Part shown: positions 11,075 to 24,093 of the stretch, piece after piece
How positions within the stretch are numbered: position 1 is the stretch's first letter
Layout: each line of letters begins with the position of its first letter
Assembly (NCBI GenBank): GCA_026026165.1
Contig: JAPEUD010000016.1
Span: 186,001 to 250,000 of the forward strand
From: Sarea resinae
Lineage: Eukaryota
DNA length: 64,000 nt
Direction of reading: 5' to 3'
Program-made: the position numbers and the translations under genes
Notes under the pieces: model-generated
Databases searched by the model: none
Told to the model about the DNA's origin: nothing
Seen by the model: the letters and a program-made list of their open reading frames with translations, nothing else

Positions 11075-13320
11075 ATGTTTTCTGTGCTCTATTCGATAGC
11101 GCGCCCTACGCCCAGACTCCATTCTACATTTCGTCCTCTGATCCCATATCTCACATGGACATCTAATCGGCCGCGCAAAGTGCCTACCTCAGCAATGACA
11201 ACCTCCGCGCTCAATAACGTGGAGACCACCTTCGCATCAATCAGCGACGAGCCAAGAGCCGGGCAGGCGGTCAGTCATGTGGGGAAAAACTACACCACTA
11301 TCAAGGAGGGATTGGCGTATATTCTAATCCCCGAAAGCGCTTCTGCCGTGCCAGAGAAGGAGACGGAAAAGGCCGAGGGGGAGACACAGCAGCAACCGCA
11401 GACGGTCTTTTACAATCCCATTCAGCAATTCAATCGCGATCTTAGTGTTTTGGCGATAAAGGCGTTTGGGGAGGAGGCTGTGGCGCTGAAGCGGCAGAGA
11501 CGGGAGCATCGGGGTCCACGGAAGAAGAGCAAGAAGAGAAAGAGGGTTGACGCTGAGGGCGCAGAGGACGTGGTAGCTGAGGAGCAGGGCGCCGCACGGA
11601 AGAAGACAGACTCGGGCTATTCGGAGGTTGGGGAGAATACAAATGGGTCTCGAAATGAATCCGGGCTCGTGGCAGCGGGGCAGGAGAATACAGACGCTGG
11701 AGGGACGGAGACATTACAAGAGGGTTCTGCACAACCTGAACCCACAACAGCGGAGGCTGTCAATTCTTCAACAAACGGCCAAGGCGCCGCAAAGGCTTGG
11801 CAACCTCCATTCCGGATCCTGGATGCGCTTTCCGCTACGGGCTTGCGAGCCTTGCGATACTCCAAAGAAATACCGTTCACGACCTCCGTCACCGCAAATG
11901 ATCTGTCTGCCGCCGCGACTGCTTCGATTAAGCTCAATGTACAGCACAATCGCGTTGAAGAAAAAGTCGTTCCTCTTACTGGAAATGCCCTAGCACACAT
12001 GTACAGCTTCGTGGGCCAGCCCACAGAACATTCTTCGGATACTAAAAAGTACGACGTTATTGATCTAGATCCCTACGGCACTGCGGTACCCTTCCTCGAT
12101 GCCTCAATGCAGTGTCTGACAGATGGCGGACTGCTATGCGTGACATGCACCGATGCCGGCGTCTTCGCATCTACTGGCTACCTTGAAAAGACCTATGCTT
12201 TATATGGTGGACTGCCGATGAAGGGACCTCACTCACACGAAGCCGGGCTACGCTTAATCCTCCAATCCATTGCGACGACGGGAGCGAAATACGGTTTCGC
12301 CATTGAGCCGTTGCTTTCCCTGTCGATTGACTTTTATGCTCGCGTCTTCGTCCGCGTCAGACGATCTCCGGCGGACGTCAAATTCTTGGCTGGCAAGACG
12401 ATGATAGCATATAATTGTGATTCTGGCTGTGGCGCATGGGCGACTCAATTGCTGGCACGAAATCGGGCCAACACTGCCAAAAATGGATCCACATATTACA
12501 AGCATACCGTGGAACAAGCACCGAGCGCAGGGCAACACTGTGAGCACTGCGGTCACAAACGACATGTAAGCTCTGAGATCGAAACATTGGCATGGATTAT
12601 GACTGATATGTATAGCTCGCGGGACCTATGTATGCCGGCCCATTGCATTCTCCCGCCTTCATACAGCGCATCCTCGATTCTCTTGCTACAGCCGATACCA
12701 CGACGTATGCCACGACCGACCGTATCGAAGGAATGCTCCAGACGGCTTTGGAGGAAGATCTTTCGCTCTCAAGCTCGGACACCAGCGCAGACCAAGGAAA
12801 TGGTGCCGCGGAACCGGACGCAGCCAAGATAGACCATCACCCATTCTTCTTCATCCCCTCGGCCATCTCGAAAGTGATCCATTGTCAGACGCCGTCGGAG
12901 GAGGCTATCAGAGGCGCATTAAAGCACCTGGGCTACCGGGTTTCCAGAAGCCATACGAAACCCGGCAGTATCAAGACCGACGCACCCTGGGACGTCATCT
13001 GGGAGATAATGCGAGAGTGGACCCGTCAAAAATCTCCCATCAAAGAAGGTTCTATCAAAAAGGGCACGGCTGGATGGGAGATCATGTACAGCCACAATGA
13101 TTCCAAGTCTGTAGATAAACGTGCGTCGGATATAGCTGCAGAAGGCCCAACGCGGGAACAGCCAAGCGAGAATCTGGAGCAAGGTGCGCCGGCAGAAGCA
13201 GCAAGGTTAAACGTGGTCTTTGATGAGAAGCTGGGCAAGATCAAGGCCGGGAAAAGGCTGGTCCGCTACCAGCTTAATCCGAGACCGAATTGGGGTCCGA
13301 TGAATCGTGCCAAGAGGTGA
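11075..13320 (+). CDS. TRM1: tRNA (guanine26-N2,N2)-dimethyltransferase, 2 exons (intron 12566-12615)
   Basis: VFYNPIQQFNRDLS, ILDALSATGLRALRY, DVIDLDPYG, CxxC..CEHC, KTDAPW, RYQ.NPRPNWGP. A GT-AG intron joins ORFs 11075 and 12628. Confidence 0.95.
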
Positions 13321-16171
13321 TCTACGAAGCTCATGATAGGCTAGATGCAATGCGAGTGCAGTCCCGGTGCATCGCACAGATGTTTAAAGCTGTGCGAGAC
13401 CGTGTCAGACGGCGGTCGTGCAGACAAGTCTCGTTGCTTACAATTACCTTTGATGGGGTTGGCTCTTCGTCGATGACATTGAGCCGTGGATCTGCAACAG
13501 TTCTCGTGAAATGCCAGCATTAGAGCACAAAGGTAGCGACCAGCTGGTAGCCACGAAATCTACGAACCAGAAAAGAAACCACGCACACACAATGGAGAAA
13601 TTATGCAAGTCCCACCTGGACCCGAATGTCACCCGTCACGAAAGGAAAGGAACGCGTCACTCGCGGGCAGTGAAGATCCAAGATGTCAATGGCATAATTC
13701 CATTGGGTCAAAGTTGGAGATGCACGAGAACAAGGTGACCGCTACCGTACCGTTCCGGAGGAGTCGAGTGACTCGGGTTTTTCGACATGATATCAAGTAA
13801 GAAGTATTATACGAACACCGTTAACACAACCGAATTGGCAGTGGTTGGGCTTCATACAATTCGACACGAGAATTCAACAATCATTCGTGAAGGCGATGAC
13901 GGAGAGCACAGCAGATCTGTTGGCCTGTGCTCCCTCAATACTCGTAGGCCTCAACCGATGGCAGAGTTCTAGATCTTTTCCGCTCCAGTACTGTGCGTAC
14001 TGAATGCAAAGCATCTTACAGTCCGTCTTCCCAAGCCGGCACGAGTGGCTGCCGAAAGTACTGTCAAGTAACCGCACAAGAGATGCGTCTGCTGTACATC
14101 TAGCTACCCCTCCGGCAGCCTCGCCAGATGAAGAGATACCCCGGGCATCCATGGATCCATCCCGCTTACGTTACCTAATGTAAAGCATTCCAAGTTCATT
14201 TTGAGCCCCAACACGCAAACATGGACCCATGGGTTCATGGTCTTGGCCGACGCCCGCGGCATCTTGGCATCTTAGCGGAAGGCCGCTTGCAGTCTCTCCC
14301 ACAGACCTTTCCGATCGTCAACTTTCCTGTGGACGGCTCGAGTATCCCCACACCACGATCGATGGCGCTACCGCATTCCCATCATTTCCCATCCGCAGCT
14401 GTTCCGAGCTCGCAAGGGTCGCTGGCCGCTAAGTGTCTCTAGTGCTGGTCGAAAGTTACTCGACGGAAGAACCAAGGGCGACCGTCTGTGCACGCTGCAT
14501 AATTGTCCATGGCGAGAAGTCGATGCGAGATGGCAGATGTGGAAATGAGAGATGAGAGATGAAAGATGTCGGGGTCATCCTCACGTCATCGCCTCGTCCC
14601 CAGCCACTGCCGTGCCCATGTCTGCATCCGCCCCTTCCACATCCGCTGCCACCACTTCTGTTCCATTCGATCTTCAGGCACTTCGATTCAGGCACTCAGG
14701 GCGGGCAGGTACAATTTTATCCGTCAGCTCAGCCCTCGAGCCATCGCATGCCCAAATCTGCATTCGGATTGCGCTTGCGGCAATTGTTTCCCCTCCATCT
14801 CTTCCGCACAGCGCCCCAAAGGCAATGAAGACCTTGAGTCTTCTTTGGGTCGTCCGACCGGTGGGCGTTGTACTACCATCGCTACACGATAATCTACTTC
14901 GTACTTCACAGCCGTGAGACTGAATAGGATACTCTTCGACTCGTTCCCGTGGCTTCGAACATTCAGTAATCCAATCAAGCACTTCCACTGGCTATGCATG
15001 AAGCCATGCAGTTGATAGACGAGCCGCGATGAGTATTTATTTAGCAGCGCCATGCGATGGCAGACGATGATGGTGTCGACCCCCAGTCCGACCTTGCTTT
15101 TGAGGTTACCAGACCAGGGGTGAGACCAAGATACTCATAGTACATTGCCGGTACTCATTTGGTCCATACCGCACGCATCCATGGCTTCGCTAGCACAACG
15201 CGAAATGCGGAATGCGGCCATGTTATTGTGGTTCAGGTTTTTAGATGACTGTCCACTCTAGATGCGCAAGATTCTACGGCACCGATATTTGATTCTCTTT
15301 AACAAAGTGCTTTTTACCCATCGCATCTTGACCATTGGTCATCCATCTCATCGACGGTATCGTCCATGGCCGTACATGTAGATCCACGGGCATCAATGAT
15401 AGGCCATCCTACTACGTAGTACTAAGCGTGTACTCCCTCGGGCAAGCATTTCAAATGTTTAGGTAAGACTTTGCTTCTAGACTGAAAGTACGCGCTGCAT
15501 GCCGCGTCATGGTCTCTGTCAGGGCCATCGTCAGAATAAGCCATTCATAATTCTCGGTCTTGATCGCGGAGCGACAGAAGATCGACCAACAGGGTTCGCG
15601 TCGAGTAGTTCCCCTTAGCTGCTGGGCATTGACCCGAGCTCGGACACTGATGAGGTCAACGAGAACGAGATCTCTCACATCATTTCCTACTACCACCACT
15701 CGGTACTCTGGCTGCCAACAATCTCGTCAATATTCAATCATTCTAGTCCATCAATGGTCTGAGCATCTACTTCGTAGTACTACGAGTACAGCTCGCTCCG
15801 GACCAGAACTCTAGAGTAAAGGCTGAAGAGAGTTCGAGGCTCAAAGTGGCTAGTAGACCGCACATCCATCTCGGCAGCTTCCTTCCGATTGCGCTCGGCA
15901 TATGGGTCATGTACGATGGCTGCATGCTGCTGGAGTCATGGACACCTGGCCTACTACCTAGCAGGTCATCGACCGGAAATGGATGATGCTGTACCTGCCT
16001 CACCACCCGTCTGTCAACCATGTCATCATGTCACTGTTCACAGACTGATCGCCACTACCGGATGAGACGGGCCTGCAGCTCTCTTGTCGCACAGTGTCCC
16101 CCATATAAACTCCAACTCCCACCCAGGTCGTTTCTGTTCTGCATCAATCTTCATCGACGACCAAATCCAGG

Positions 16172-17698
16172 ATGTTCTCCAGATTCACCCTCGCCGCCGC
16201 CTTGTTGGCTGGCGTCGTCAATGGCCTACCGAACCCTCAGACTTCAGAGGCGACACCCACGCTCGATGCGACCGCGGTCATCCCGTCCGAGTACACGACT
16301 GAGGTCCCGCCTCCATCTCTCGTGGCCAGCAACCCTGGAGCTACCTCTCACGGTCCTTATACTGGCACTCCGACCACCACCGGAGCTCAGTCGTTAGATG
16401 TTCAGGCTTCTTCTATCCCGGCGCTCCCGCCCAGTCCCGCAGAGACGAACGGGTACAACAGCAGCGGAGTGCTACAAGATCCCGAGCCGGCTCCATACAC
16501 TCCCGCTGGAGGTCTTGGGACCAATGGCTCTGAGCCCGTGTATGCCATGGGTAGTGACTTTGACTACCAGTCTTTGGTATGTTTTTTCGTCTGTTCTCTT
16601 TCTTTGCTGACAACTTCTCTCTAGGCTCTCGGGTTGTACCAGGAATGGATCGAGCTTGACCTGTTCCACAACGGTCTCGCCAAGTTCTCCGTCGCCGATT
16701 TTGAAGCCGCTGGACTTACTGCCGAAGATCGATCCTTGATCGAATTCATGGCTGACCAGGAATCGGGTCACGCAACTCTCATCTCGAACATGCTCGGTGC
16801 TTCAGCCCCGAAGCAGTGTCAATACAATTACCCATACACGACCGTCCGCGAGTATATTGACTTCAACCAGAAGTTGACTCGTTTCGGCGAGAGCGGTGTC
16901 TATGGTTTCCTGAATCACCTCGATTCTCGTGCTGTTGGACAGCTGCTGCTGCAATCCATCACGACCGAGGCTCGCCAGCAGATGATCTTCCGTCAATTCA
17001 ATGGCCAATTCCCCATGCCTGTTTGGTTTGAAGTCGGCATCCCACAGAGCTGGGCATGGACACTGCTTGCGCCGTATATTGCTAGCTGCCCCCAGAACCA
17101 AACACGTCTGGCATGGCAAAACTTCCCGACTTTGCATGTGCTCAACCAGCCCAACCCGGCTCGCATCGATGCCAACGACACCGGTCTCTACGAGACTGTC
17201 GGAAACACCACGATCGCGCCGCTCAACGAGACCGGCCTCTCACCCGCTGCTCAGTGTGTCAACTCGACCATCATCGGCGAAGGCTGTGGTCCAGCCATTA
17301 CCCACAACCGCAGCGTGCCGCTGTCGTATCCAGGAAGGGTTGTCCAACTTGCCTGGGATGCTCCCGGCCAAGCTGTCGGCCCGAACAACAGCTATGTGAC
17401 TAGCACGTCTGCCGGCACTCCTGCATATGTCGCGTGGGTGACTCAGCTCAATGTCACCTACTCGGCTCTCAAATTGACGAGTAACTCGTCTGGTACCACT
17501 ATCCAGCCGAATGTTTCCACATATGCCGGTGACCCAGCTGTATGTTCTTCTGAACCTCTATCTGACAAGGCTAACAATATTCAGATCAATGGCACGATGT
17601 TCATCGCGCTCACCGATTCACCTCTTCCATTGACGCCTTTCAATCTTTCCATGATCAACCCGCACGTTGTCGCTCTGTCCATCTACCAGGCCGGTTAA
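16172..17698 (+). CDS. Secreted ferritin-like domain protein, Rds1 family, 3 exons (introns 16577-16624 and 17540-17584)
   Basis: Signal peptide; SDFDYQSL/ALGLYQEWIELDLFH, DQESGHA, E.RQQ di-iron-like motifs; PQSWAWTLLAPYI. Confidence 0.8.
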
Positions 17699-18446
17699 AC
17701 GACGCTGCGACCATGAGATATGCCTATGCTAGAACTAATTAAGTATTTAATATAATGGATTGGGTTTGGGTTGTATTATAGATTAATTTTACTGTACATG
17801 CAAAATATTATGGAGTGTCGCGTGTCTTGCATGTTATGGATCGTGCTGGTAGGTATGAGATCCGTAAAACAAACACCACTTCCGTGCCCTCTCGTAATCG
17901 TTTGTCACATCCCACATTCCGTAGCAAAACACATGGAGCAGGGTGGACACGAGCTCGCTGCAGCGGTCATTCCAATGGGTTAGGACAGTGGAGGGAAGAG
18001 TGGGGCGGGGATGGCAATAATCTGATAACTGCGTTGGGAAGGATCAGATGATCTGATTTGATTAGGTCAACGACCGCCTCGTGTACCAGGACTTTAGATT
18101 CCAATCAGTCCTGGTGCTCCTCCAAGTATCGGTACTTGTCTGCCCGGTTTCGTCTCGATCATGACGATCCATGGCCCCACGCGATAGAGGGCAGGCAACA
18201 AGTTCGGATGGGATGAACGAATGACAGCGGATAATGACCATGCCAGGCTGGAGGATCGTTGACATTACATCGTCTACCCGCCATAGCCAGCGGAACAGCC
18301 GCAGACGGTCCTCGACTCCGCCAATCATCACCACCCTCCGCTCTTAGCTGCACCTCCGTCTTCGTGCGCCCCCGGAGTCTGCCGTGCCGCAGCTGCTTCC
18401 CATTCTGTGACTCGATCCTTGCCGCCAGATCGGAAATGCCCTGAGG

Positions 18447-21400
18447 ATGCCTACGTCTCGAAGCGGTGGAGAAGCAAGACATCCATCGCCTTCTCTCGAA
18501 CCTGAACACCGCCAGAGCATCTCCCTCGGCGCTCTCTCTCGAAGACGCCGCGTCTCCGAGGAACACATCGACCCAGACTCTTTCCAGTACCTTGTTCGCC
18601 AACACGTTGACGATGATCGAGACGACAGCAACATCGACTCTCCGTCAGATCTATTCTCCAACGCCTTTCAGCGACTGAATTCGTTCATGTCTCGGACACC
18701 GTTATTGCTTCGTTCGTCCCCGGCTCAGGGCACCGGATCTTATGGCGTGCTCCCTGTACATGCCATGAGCAGCAGTGCTGGCAGCTCGGAGCTGGACGAC
18801 GACGAAGACATCCGGCGAGAAACACGCAAAGGCAAGAGACCACGATTGCAGAGCGATCCTGTCACTGGCGTGGAAGGTCTCTTGTCCGATGCGCGGCGAA
18901 CAAACTCTGACATTGAACATGTCTCGCACGAGAGCAGCTCGTCACGTTTGGGAGCAAGAGCTCGACGGGCCCGTCGACTGAGTGAGATTCGGGACGAGGC
19001 TCTAGAAGGACAACAGGAGTCGGGATTGGAGTCGAGATTTACGACGGGCATCGGCGTACCCGCTTCCGAGGGAATGGGCAAAGTCTTTAGCCATGAACCA
19101 AGTCTGGATGAGTCTCTCGACAGTGAAGAGGCCATTGATGTCGATTCTCCTGCCGAATGGGGTGACGAGGACCCTCTTGATAATTCTCCGTTCGTCAATC
19201 CATCTCTTCTTGAGCTCCTCTGACATTTGCAGATACCCCCAAGTCCGTGCATCCGTCTCCGCGGTCGACAATACATCTCTCTCTATAAATAGTAAGCATG
19301 CCCTCCACAAAATTATCTTTCTAACAGGCTTAGCACCTCGAATGTGGACGTTGTCCCTTTTCTTTGCCGTCATTGGATCCTCGACGAACCTGTTTTTCTC
19401 GTTACGATACCCCAGCGTTAGCATTACACCCGTCATTGCGCTTTTACTCGTTCATCCTCTGGGATTATTATGGGACCAGCTGCTCAAAAGACGGGACGAC
19501 CCTCATGAGACATATCTCCACGGTCACTTGCAAGATCGGAGCACACAGACCGAAAACGGCAGCTCGGAAGCTACACCCCTCGCATCCAATGTGTCTGACC
19601 ATCCTAGTTGGAAACGAAGACTGCGGCTTTGGCTGGCACAAGGAAAATGGAACGAGAAAGAGCATAGCTGTGTCTACATCAGCAGCAATGTCTCCTTTGG
19701 GTTTGCATTCGCAACAGATGTAAGTTGGACTCTTCAGAATTGAAACATGCTAAATGTTTAGGTTATTGTCGAACAAACAAAGTTCTACCATCAGGACCTC
19801 GGCGTCATTTACCAACTCCTTCTCATACTCTCAACTCAAATTCTTGGATATACCTTTGCCGGTCTCACCCGCCGTTATCTCGTCCGACCTGGTGGTATGA
19901 TCTGGCCGGGAACACTCATGTCGACCGCCATGTTTACCACATTACACAAGGAGGAAAACAAAACTGCAAATGGCTGGCGCATATCAAGATGGAAATTCTT
20001 TGTCATTGTATGGGCAAGCTCCGTCGCCTTTTACTTTCTACCCGGGCTGCTCTTTCCCGCTTTGAGCTATTTCAACGTCATCACCTGGTTTGCTCCGAAG
20101 AACGTTGTCGTCTCGAACCTGGTAAGTTTTTCCATTCTTTCGTGATCCAACTAACAAGATAGTTTGGCGTCGCTTCGGGGTTGGGTCTCTTTCCTCTGAC
20201 CTTTGATTGGGCTCAAATCGCGTATATCGGATCCCCCCTTTTGACCCCTTTTTGGGCGGCGCTCAATGTCGTTGGGGGTTTAGTCGTTGTCATGTGGATC
20301 GTTGCTCCGGTATTATGTAAGTCATTTGCCCTCTCCCCTGACTAGTGTGGTTGTGCCGCTCTCCGCCAAACAAGTATAGTAAGGGCTCTGCTGATTTCGC
20401 AGATTATGCAAACGTCTTGTACTCGTCCTACATGCCCATCTTGTCTTCGGCCGTCTTCGACAACACCGGCAAACCCTACGACGTCAGCAGGATCTTGACG
20501 TCGGATTTTGTCTTTGATACCGAGGCGTATGAGAACTACAGTCGTGTTTTCCTCCCGATAACATACGTCTTGAGCTACGCACTCCAGTTTGCTGCCCTGA
20601 CGGCATTGTTAACCCACACGGGTTTCTGGCATGGCAAGGACATCTGGAAACACTGGAGGAGATCCCTAAAACACCCCGCCATCGAAGACAAAGCCGCATA
20701 CCAGCCCGTCAGCAATGGCGACTCTCGCAAGGGACACTTTAGCAGGAGTCAAAGCGGCGATGCCAATCAAGCACGCGGCATGTCCGAGCCCGGCCTGGAC
20801 AATCTGATGAGCGGAGAAGATGTCCATAGTCGACTGATGCGGCGATACGAGGATGCGCCCATCAGCTGGTACTTGATTACCTTTGTCATCATGACCGCCG
20901 TCGGCATTTTCCTCGTCGAATAGTGAGTCTTTTGCTTCCGTGGAGATGTCTAGCTGACTCTTCAGTTTCCCCGTCCATCTCCCCTGGTATGGCCTGCTCA
21001 TGGCGTTGGGCATCAGCGCCGTCCTCTTCATTCCCATTGGAATCGTCATGGCCATTACCAATCAGCAAAGCAGCACCTATCTCATCTGCCAGCTCATCTG
21101 CGGTGTCGTCTTTCCCGGTCGTCCCGTCGCTAACATGGTCTTCGTCACCTATGGCTACGTAAGTCGATCAATCACGGCTATCCCATCACTAACACGATCC
21201 AGATTACATCCACCCAAGGTCTGAAGTTCGCCGCCGACCTGAAGCTAGGCCACTATATGAAAATCCCGCCCCGCACCCTCTTCGCCGTCCAAGTCGTCGC
21301 CACCATTGTCTCCAGCATCACCCAGATCGGCGTCCTCAACTGGATGTTTGCCAATATTCCCAACATCTGCACCCCCCAAGCCATCAACGGATTCACCTGC

Positions 21401-21955
21401 CCCATCGCCCGCGTCCACTTCAACGGCAGTATCCTGTGGGGTGTCGTCGGGCCCCACCGATTCTTCGGTCCCGGCGCCATCTACCGGCCACTCGTCTGGG
21501 CCTTTCTCGTCGGCGCCATCGCCCCCATCGGAGTCTGGTGGATGGGCCGAGGCAACCGAAAGAGTGTCTGGACCAAGGTCAACCTGCCCGTCCTCTTTGG
21601 CAGTCTCAGTTGGATCCCGCCAGCCGTACGTATCCCTACTCTTTTTTATCGTATCTAACCCATCCAGACCGGCCTCAACTTTTCCGTCTGGGCCCTCGTC
21701 TGCTTCGTCTTCAACTACATCATCCGCCGCCGCGCCTCCGCCTGGTGGGGCAAATACACCATGACCCTCTCGGCCGCGCTCGACTCGGGCCTCGCCTTTG
21801 GCCTCGTCGTCATCTTTTTCGGCTTCGTCTACCCCGGCTGGATGGACGGCTTTCACTGGTGGGGCACTGAGGTCTTCAAGCAGGGCTGCGATTGGATGGC
21901 GTGTTCGTACCGCAGCGTCAAGCCCGGCGACAAATTTGGTCCCGACAAGTGGTGA
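18447..21955 (+). CDS. OPT-family oligopeptide transporter, multi-exon
   Basis: SPYPQVRASV, W..KEH, MIWPGTL, GSPLLTPFWA, DVHSRLMRRY, DLKLGHYMKIPPR, LSAALDSG motifs across GT-AG-separated exons. Confidence 0.9.
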
Positions 21956-22776
21956 TGCGTGCGCGCTTTTGATGCGCGCTTTTGATGATGGCGTTTTTGA
22001 TTTCAGAGTATAGAGGCGATGATGATGGATATGACTTTTTTCTCGTATATATTATCCGACAGACAGACAGACCGACAGACAGACTGTACCTACCTCTTAG
22101 AGCATTCCATGGAGCATGAATTAGACATCAGATATCAAACAACCTGCGCAACGTTTCTCCCGTCACCGTCCGTGTACGTGTTGTGTTGTGTTGTGTTGTG
22201 TTTATCTTCTCTCTGGTTGTGAAATCTTTTAGAGTCAATCTAAGCACATCATCGAGAACATTCCGAGTCCAATACGGTATTCTGATTGATGCGTCATTCG
22301 GACGTCTGCTTGCCTCCTCTCCCCTCCCCTCCCCTCCCCTCCCCTCCCTCTCCCCCAGGCACAGGCCCGCCAGTTGCAAGCCCAAAGAATTCTCTCTCCT
22401 CTCTGACCCTCTTTCCCCCTCACCCCTTTGCATCCCTACCGGTCAATCCTCCTACTTGTTCGGCCACTGATGCGGACGTGCTTTAGAAATAGAAGAAGGG
22501 CTACACCACAGAGGTTCTGTCTCTACGTCACAACTGAGGAAAACATGTCAAACAATAAGCTAAAAGGGCAAGGGAGGCCTCCCCACGTCGTAGGACTTGC
22601 TTGTAATTCGTCTACATATTGTATGTATTCTGACAAGATATAGGTCATGAGACGGCAAACAGCCATGGTTTCCTATATTGATACGTGAGAGTATCAATGT
22701 AGCCATCTAACCCTCCATCGTTGCGTCGATAGGCTCTGGCGCGCGCTCTCCTTCTGGGCCGGCAACCGGAGCACCC

Positions 22777-23533
22777 TCATCGTCTGGCTGGGGCCCGCCG
22801 GCGGCGTCCACATTCTCCGGCTCCTTTGCCGGCTCCTTTCACAGCCCAATACGCACCGAGAGATGCTGCCGTCATTTCGGTGATGGTGACAGGGGCGCGG
22901 CGTGGGCAGTGACGGGCAATGTGCCCGTATTCCCCACACTCGTAGCACTTCTTGTTCTTCATATATATATAGATGCTAGAACCAGACACATAAGAAAAGT
23001 ATTCATTGGATCCATCGAAGGAGAAGGGTACTCACAGCCCAATAGGCGGGCAGGAATGCGGCCGCCATTTCTGTTACCGTGATCGGGGCGCGGCGCGGGC
23101 AGTGACGGGCAATATGCCCGTACATACCGCACCCGTAACACTTCTGATTCTTCATATATATATGGATACTAGAACCAGACACATTAGAAAAGTATTCGAT
23201 CAGATGACGTGAGAAGAAGGGTGCTTACCGCATAGAAAGTCGGCAGGTCGTCAACCGCTATCTCGGTCACAGTGACGGTTGGGCGGCCCGGGCAATTCCC
23301 CGCCATATGACCGTATACCCCACACGAGTAGCATTTTTTGTTTTTCTATTTATAGACAATTCAGGTTAGCAGATCACACGTTCAAGTCGCCGAACAGAGA
23401 CAGATGACAAGGATATTGTCCAGATAATCTACTCTGCTCTAGGAGGTGCGAGACCTGAGAACGTTGAAGTAATAGAGTAATAGAAGAGAAATGGTGGGCT
23501 CAGAAAGGGAAATCATACTATATCACGCGGCAT
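22777..23533 (-). CDS. Small protein (possibly degenerate) with three CCHC zinc knuckles on tandemly duplicated exons
   Basis: Micro-exon MPRDI followed by GTATGA; then CYSCGVYGHMAGNC, CYGCGMYGHIARHC and CYECGEYGHIARHC, separated by near-identical intron-like segments; basic tail. Confidence 0.55.
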
Positions 23534-23540
23534 TGTGGCA

Positions 23541-23601
23541 GCGGCGGCGGCGGCGTTGTTGTCGTTGTTGTTGTTGTTGTTGTTGGTGTGATGGTGGTGG
23601 T
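23541..23601 (-). repeat. (CAA)n/(CGC)n microsatellite directly 5' of the zinc-knuckle ATG
   Basis: Visible ttg/gcg runs on the + strand. Confidence 0.85.
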
Positions 23602-24093
23602 GCTGAGGGGTTTGGGAAACTGGGAATTCCACAGAAGAGATGGAAACGAGCGGCACCATTGTTGCGGCTTGGAGAAGTTAGAGAAGAGAAGCAAAGGGGA
23701 AAGGAAAGCGACACGACGTGCAGGTGCCCGGGTAATGATGGCCACGTCTGTCTACGTCATTGGCTCAGTCTTTTGTACACCTACCTTATGGAAGTTACCT
23801 ACCTTATTGTGCTGCCTCGAATGGAGATATATAGAGGTCCACGGGTGTCTCAGGCTGTAATCGCGTGACGACATATAAATCTCTTTTAGATACTTCTACC
23901 TACCTCCAGGCTGGTATTGATCAGGCTTTGGCCCGACTTGAATATCTGGTAGTAGATTCGTAAAGTTCTCGTGTATTTCCCCTCTATTCTAGGGGCCAAG
24001 AATCTGTCGGCGCTGTAATGTAGTCTCTTTAGTCTCTCTATTCTTTGGGCAGCTCGATAACCTGAAGACATTCGTGATTGATTATTAGCACAT

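Noticed and set aside
13400..16100. Many short overlapping ORFs between TRM1 and the Rds1-like gene
   Set aside because: No recognisable domains or consistent splice structure; treated as intergenic.
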